From Fonticula-like sp. SCN 57-25 (lineage: Eukaryota): a DNA stretch of 64,000 nucleotides. The notes beneath the pieces were generated by a model. The model had not been told where the DNA came from and made no database searches. It saw only the letters and a program-made list of their open reading frames with translations. Position numbers and translations under genes: made by a program. Positions 59,744-64,000 of this stretch are shown one piece after another. Numbering within the stretch: the first letter of the stretch is position 1; each line of letters begins with the position of its first letter. The stretch lies in assembly GCA_001724245.1 (NCBI GenBank), contig MEDX01000004.1, forward strand, positions 1 to 64,000, in the 5' to 3' direction.

Positions 59744-61081
59744 ATGATCCTGAACGCGATGCCCGCGCTCCGGCAGCCTTCTTCGCCGGGCGACGGGTCG
59801 TCGCTCCCTGTGCCTCAGCGCCGCTCCAGCGACGCCTCTTCGCCGACTTCCCCAGGCGGGTCGTCGGCCCGCGCGCATGCGGCCAATCTGCCGCCGCTCG
59901 TGATCCCGCACTCGCCGCACAAGACGCCGACCGCGTCGATCGTCATTGAAAGCCGCGCCGCGCCGGTGCTTGTCCTCCCGACGGCGCCTTCATTTTCTAG
60001 TTCTTCCTCATCGGGCTCGGCCCGCATGATTGGCTTTGCTGATGCCGATCGGACTGCGCCGATCTCGCCCGCGACGCCAAGTGTTTCTTCCTCGTCGCAG
60101 TCGTGCGACTCTTCGTCGATCTCCCTCGCCGAGCTTTCCACTCTTTTGCATTCGAGCTCGCCGAGCGATCTCGTGATCCTCGACATCCGCTCCTTTGTCA
60201 TGTTTTCGCGATGCCATCTCCACGGCGCGTACAACATCAACGTCTCGCGGATCCTTCTTCGGCGGCATCGCCGTCCTGGCGTCAAGGCCGCTCCCGTGGC
60301 CAACATTAGCGGAATGATTTCAACGGCGGAAGGCAAGGAGGCGTTTGCGCAGCGCGGCGGCCGGACCGTCGTGCTCGTCGGCGACCGCGAGTCACTTGCC
60401 GACGCTGACCGCCCGCTCGACTTTCTCGCCGAGCTTCTCGCGCTGGAAGGAATCGCCGCCGCCGTGCGGGTCGTCACCGTCCCCTTTGAGGACATTGAGC
60501 GCGCCCTCCCCGACCTGTGTGCTCTTCCTGACCTGCCGCCCAACACGCCGCCCGTGGCGGTGTCGCCCGGCCTCGCGGCTCAGTTCCCGCTACCGCACGG
60601 CCCTTCCGGCGGCCCGACGCGGGTCCTGCCGTGGCTATGGGTCGGCTCTGAACAGGACGCGCGTAACGTCGAGTGGCTCCGTGCGGCCAACGTCCAGTCG
60701 GTGCTCACCATCGCGCGCGAGTGCAACATCAGCCTTCCTGTCCCCGTCCGCGCGCACCTGCAGCTCGACACGCTCGACGTCGCCAACGACGAGTTTGTCG
60801 ACCACATTGAGCGCGCCGTCGCCTTTCTCGTGGCCGCGCACGCCGTCAATGACGTCACATTTGTGCATTGCCACGCTGGCATCTCGCGGTCGCCCACGGT
60901 CGTCGTCGCGTACCTCATCGTCCACGAGGGCTGGGCGCTCGAGCAGGCGCTCGCCTACCTGCAGAGCATCAGGCCGTGCGTATCGCCAAACTTTGGGTGG
61001 ATGTGCGTGCTCGACGATATCGCAAAAAGGCAGTCGCGATTGGAGCAGCCGCCCCTCTCGGCGCGGCAGAGCTCGTCGTAG
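59744..61081 (+). CDS. MAP kinase phosphatase (rhodanese/CH2 plus dual-specificity phosphatase domain); probable 5'-UTR intron ~59537-59714
   Basis: LVILDIRSF..HLHGAYNI..ILLRRHRR (KIM); PTRVLPWLWVGS; VHCHAGISRSPT; RPCVSPNFG. Confidence 0.9.
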   Translation: MILNAMPALRQPSSPGDGSSLPVPQRRSSDASSPTSPGGSSARAHAANLPPLVIPHSPHKTPTASIVIESRAAPVLVLPTAPSFSSSSSSGSARMIGFADADRTAPISPATPSVSSSSQSCDSSSISLAELSTLLHSSSPSDLVILDIRSFVMFSRCHLHGAYNINVSRILLRRHRRPGVKAAPVANISGMISTAEGKEAFAQRGGRTVVLVGDRESLADADRPLDFLAELLALEGIAAAVRVVTVPFEDIERALPDLCALPDLPPNTPPVAVSPGLAAQFPLPHGPSGGPTRVLPWLWVGSEQDARNVEWLRAANVQSVLTIARECNISLPVPVRAHLQLDTLDVANDEFVDHIERAVAFLVAAHAVNDVTFVHCHAGISRSPTVVVAYLIVHEGWALEQALAYLQSIRPCVSPNFGWMCVLDDIAKRQSRLEQPPLSARQSSS

Positions 61082-61496
61082 CCAAAACTGTCATTTTTCG
61101 TCATCATCGTCGTGTAGATCTGTGTTTTTAGGACAGTAGGGTCGCCTGGTAGCGCCGTCGCTGGTTTTGGCGGTGCGCCGGCCCGTTGTTGTTGTGTTGT
61201 TGTGCAATATGGATACGAGAGTGTCCCCGTGGGCGCCCCGCCTCTGATACGTTATTTGTGTTTTTGTGTTGCATCAGTTCGTGCGGTCAGGGTTCGTGTA
61301 AATAAACATCTCTGAGATCAAGCAAACACGTTGTGTGGCATTCATTATGGATGGCAAGGTAGAGAAAAAAAGTACAAATCCCATGCTGTATGGGTGGATG
61401 GGTAGCGCGAAAGCGAGGCAAAAGAGACCGATCTAATACAATAATAACGAGCGTCTAGAAAAGCGTCATAAAGGCATGTTTATTCGCGGTCGCGGT

Positions 61497-63110
61497 CTAA
61501 GGCGACGACGGCTCCGCGAGATCCTTTGACTTGTTGCGCTTCATCGTGCCCTTGTCAGCCTTTTCGTCATCATCCTCGTCCTTGTCGCGGTTGCTGCGGT
61601 TAAAGATGCGCATGATGGACGACCTGCGCTCGAGCCCCTTGTCCTCGTCCTCATCCTTCAAGCTGCGGCCCTTGAACGCCGCCGTGATGGACGCCTGCTG
61701 CACGGCGCCAATCTCATTGCCGTGGATGCCGAGCGAGTCCAGCCGCGAGCTGCCGACAACCTCGGCAATGGCGCGGCCGCCCTCAACGCCAATCTGGCAG
61801 TGCCTAGCACTAAAGTATCACATTAGCACCCAATTCTATGCATTTATCGCTGAAAAAAGCCAAGAAAAAGGGCGTACTCGACGTCGATGAGCGTCGTGGA
61901 CGTCTTGATGACGGTGGCGAGCGCGGCGGCGCCCTCGTCGCCGATGGGGTTGCCGTAGAGGACGATAGTGGTGAGCGACTTGTTGACGCGGAGCGCCTCG
62001 ACGAGGGCCGTCATGCCCTCGCTGGTCACCTTGTTGTTGGCGATAGCGAGCAGCTGGAGGTTGCTCGTCTTGAGGAGGGCGGCGAGCTTGGCGGCGCCCT
62101 CGTCGCCGGCGCCAACCTCCTGAAGGAAGAGCTTCTGGAGAGACTTGTTCGAGCCAATGGACTCGACGAGCGTCGACACGCCAGAGGCGCCAAGAGCATT
62201 GCGGCTCAAGCTTTAATAAACTGTTAGCAAACATGTGGGCGACCAATGGAATAGGCGCACTTGAGCGTGCGGAGGCGGCAGCCGGTCGATCCGAGAACCG
62301 GCGCGAGGAGCGCCATCGACTTTTCCGTGAGCTGGTTGGACGACACGCTGCACACGAGTCAGTTTACAAGTTGCGTAATATTGGGAAACATACGTGAGCG
62401 TCGTGAGGTTCGGGTGGCTGCGGACGGCGTTGGCGATCGGCTCAAAGGTCGCGTCGGTCAGGCCGATCGAGTGGAGGCTGGCGTGATCGGGATCGCGTTA
62501 GAATGGCATCACGCATAGGAGAGCGTGCGCACTTGAGCGTGCGGAGCGAGTCGCCGTTCGTGAGCACGGACGAGATGGCGGCGCCGGCCGACTCGTTGAG
62601 GGGAACGCGAGCAAGGCTGCACATGAAAGCGTTAGCAAGGCCGAAAGCACACGTGGGATGACGTACTCGAGTTCGTGGATGTGCTTGGCCTCCTTGAGCA
62701 TCTCGGCGATGGCATCGAGGCTGGCGGCGCTCAGCTGGCAGTACGAAGCGCTGCGATCACAGGTGAGCACAGAGACCGGCATCAGAGGGAATGCCGTACT
62801 CGATGCGGTTAAAGGTGCGCGCCGAGGCGAGGTACTCGCACACGTACGGCACATCCTCATCGGCCACGTCACGCAGACTGCACCACACGCGTCAGCTTTC
62901 ACATATAAACGTGTCATTTCAAAAAAGTTTCTTTCCGCACCGAATGATGGGGGCCGTCTTCTGCCACGGGAAGCAATTGTTCATGAGCTTGGTGAGAAAG
63001 TCGATGCGGGCATGCGCGCGCTCGAGCGACTTGCGGCGGTGGCGGTCGCGCTTCTCAAGGCTCTCAATGCGCTTAATCAGCGCCGCGATCTGCTCGTTGA
63101 CGTCGGCCAT
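61497..63110 (-). CDS. RI-like leucine-rich repeat protein with N-terminal coiled coil and charged C-tail; 8 exons
   Basis: 28-aa LRRs (LTTIVLYGNPIGDEGAAALA). Internal exons are 78, 84, 84, 84, 87 and 333 nt. Confidence 0.85.
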
Positions 63111-63200
63111 GGTGTCTCTCTTACAATCTCGTCCTACCCGCGTGACAATGCAGCTGTGCGGAGTGTGCGCGTCAATGGAATCGTGGATGCACCAAACAAA

Positions 63201-63210
63201 GTCACGTGAC
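63201..63210. promoter_or_regulatory. Palindromic GTCACGTGAC (CLEAR/E-box type) upstream of the LRR gene
   Basis: Exact 10-bp palindrome about 90 bp upstream of the ATG at 63110. Near-match ATCACGTGAC upstream of SCP2 at ~11086. Confidence 0.45.
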
Positions 63211-63700
63211 ATTCTATTTGGAAAGTTCGTCGCCATTCTAGGAAGGAAATCGACCAATCAGCGACGCGCAATTTTGCCAAGGAAACGCGCGGGGCCGACT
63301 TCCAGGCGGGGTCGCTCAGTTCTGGAATCATATCAAAGAAGGCTCGAAAGACGCGATTACGCACGATTGAGTGCTATTTTGATTCGTAAATATAGCGCGG
63401 GCGTGGGAATTAGTCACGCTTCGCTTCATGTAATACGCCGTAACAGCTGAAATAGGTCCAATGGGGCAATTATGGAGGCGGTTTTGGGGCAATTGAGAAT
63501 ACACACGTATCAATGAAGGTCCGCAGAGATTGATACCCGTCTGTACTACGATTGGCACGAAAATACACCGAGTATGCGATATATGAATGTGAGAATGTTG
63601 TTTTCACCCACTTTCCCGCGCGTTTTGCCGTGCATTTATCCTAAATCGTTTCCTCTATTAAAAAATTGGCACAACATACGCTGCTAATCTGCCGCAGCGG

Positions 63701-63852
63701 CTACGTGTCGAGGCAAGCGGACAGCGCGTGCATCGAGTACCCGCTGTCGACGGTGACGTCCGAAACTGCGCCGAGGAAGGCCGGCAACTTGGCGTTGGGG
63801 GCGAGGTGCGCCTCGAGCAGCACGAGGCCAGCGCAGGGCGACAAAAATACGT
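63701..63852 (-). CDS. Probable terminal exon of a gene continuing beyond the window
   Basis: GC-rich frame VFLSPCAGLVLLEAHLAPNAKLPAFLG..CLDT* after a GCTGAC..ATAG acceptor. Confidence 0.45.
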
Positions 63853-64000
63853 CTATTCAAGCCACGCATGTCAGCAGAAGAGCAGAACAAAGAGTAAAGC
63901 ACATAGGCACAAGCATAGCGAGATACATACAACATGGCATACACAAGACACATTCACCTACACATTCTTCCCCTTCTCCCTCTTCTTCCCATCCCATTCG

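Overview
Gene-dense eukaryotic genomic DNA with GC-rich exons, mostly ~45-100 nt spliceosomal introns (GTGCGC/GTACGC donors, CTRAC/CTAAT-type branch points near the AG) and the standard genetic code. The gene mix includes both fungal-type genes (IKS1 kinase, NCA2, PAS+GATA WC-2-like, SFH1+GATA) and animal-type genes (HADHA/HADHB, rhodanese-MKP). This suggests a unicellular opisthokont or close relative, which is inference only. About 30 protein genes were reconstructed by manual splicing, plus three tRNA-Arg(ACG). No CRISPR arrays or autonomous transposons are seen. The main candidate for an undescribed system is a tandem array of five intact 7-transmembrane GPCR-like paralogues (33.9-44.2 kb), with a sixth, highly diverged copy at 48.6-49.9 kb. 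All six share three intron positions, an N-terminal Cys pair and a C-terminal MDxYL motif. The five tandem copies also share a CCAAT box and show mosaic sequence relationships. Other notable observations: tandem HADHB-HADHA in bacterial fadI-fadJ order; an LRR gene with one repeat per symmetric exon; a compositionally distinct first 5 kb with repeat-expanded introns and excess CACGTG; a structured 5'-UTR intron in RPS5; an H1-like protein with an E2F site; and a GC-AG intron. Gene models are hand-made and boundaries may be off by a few bases.
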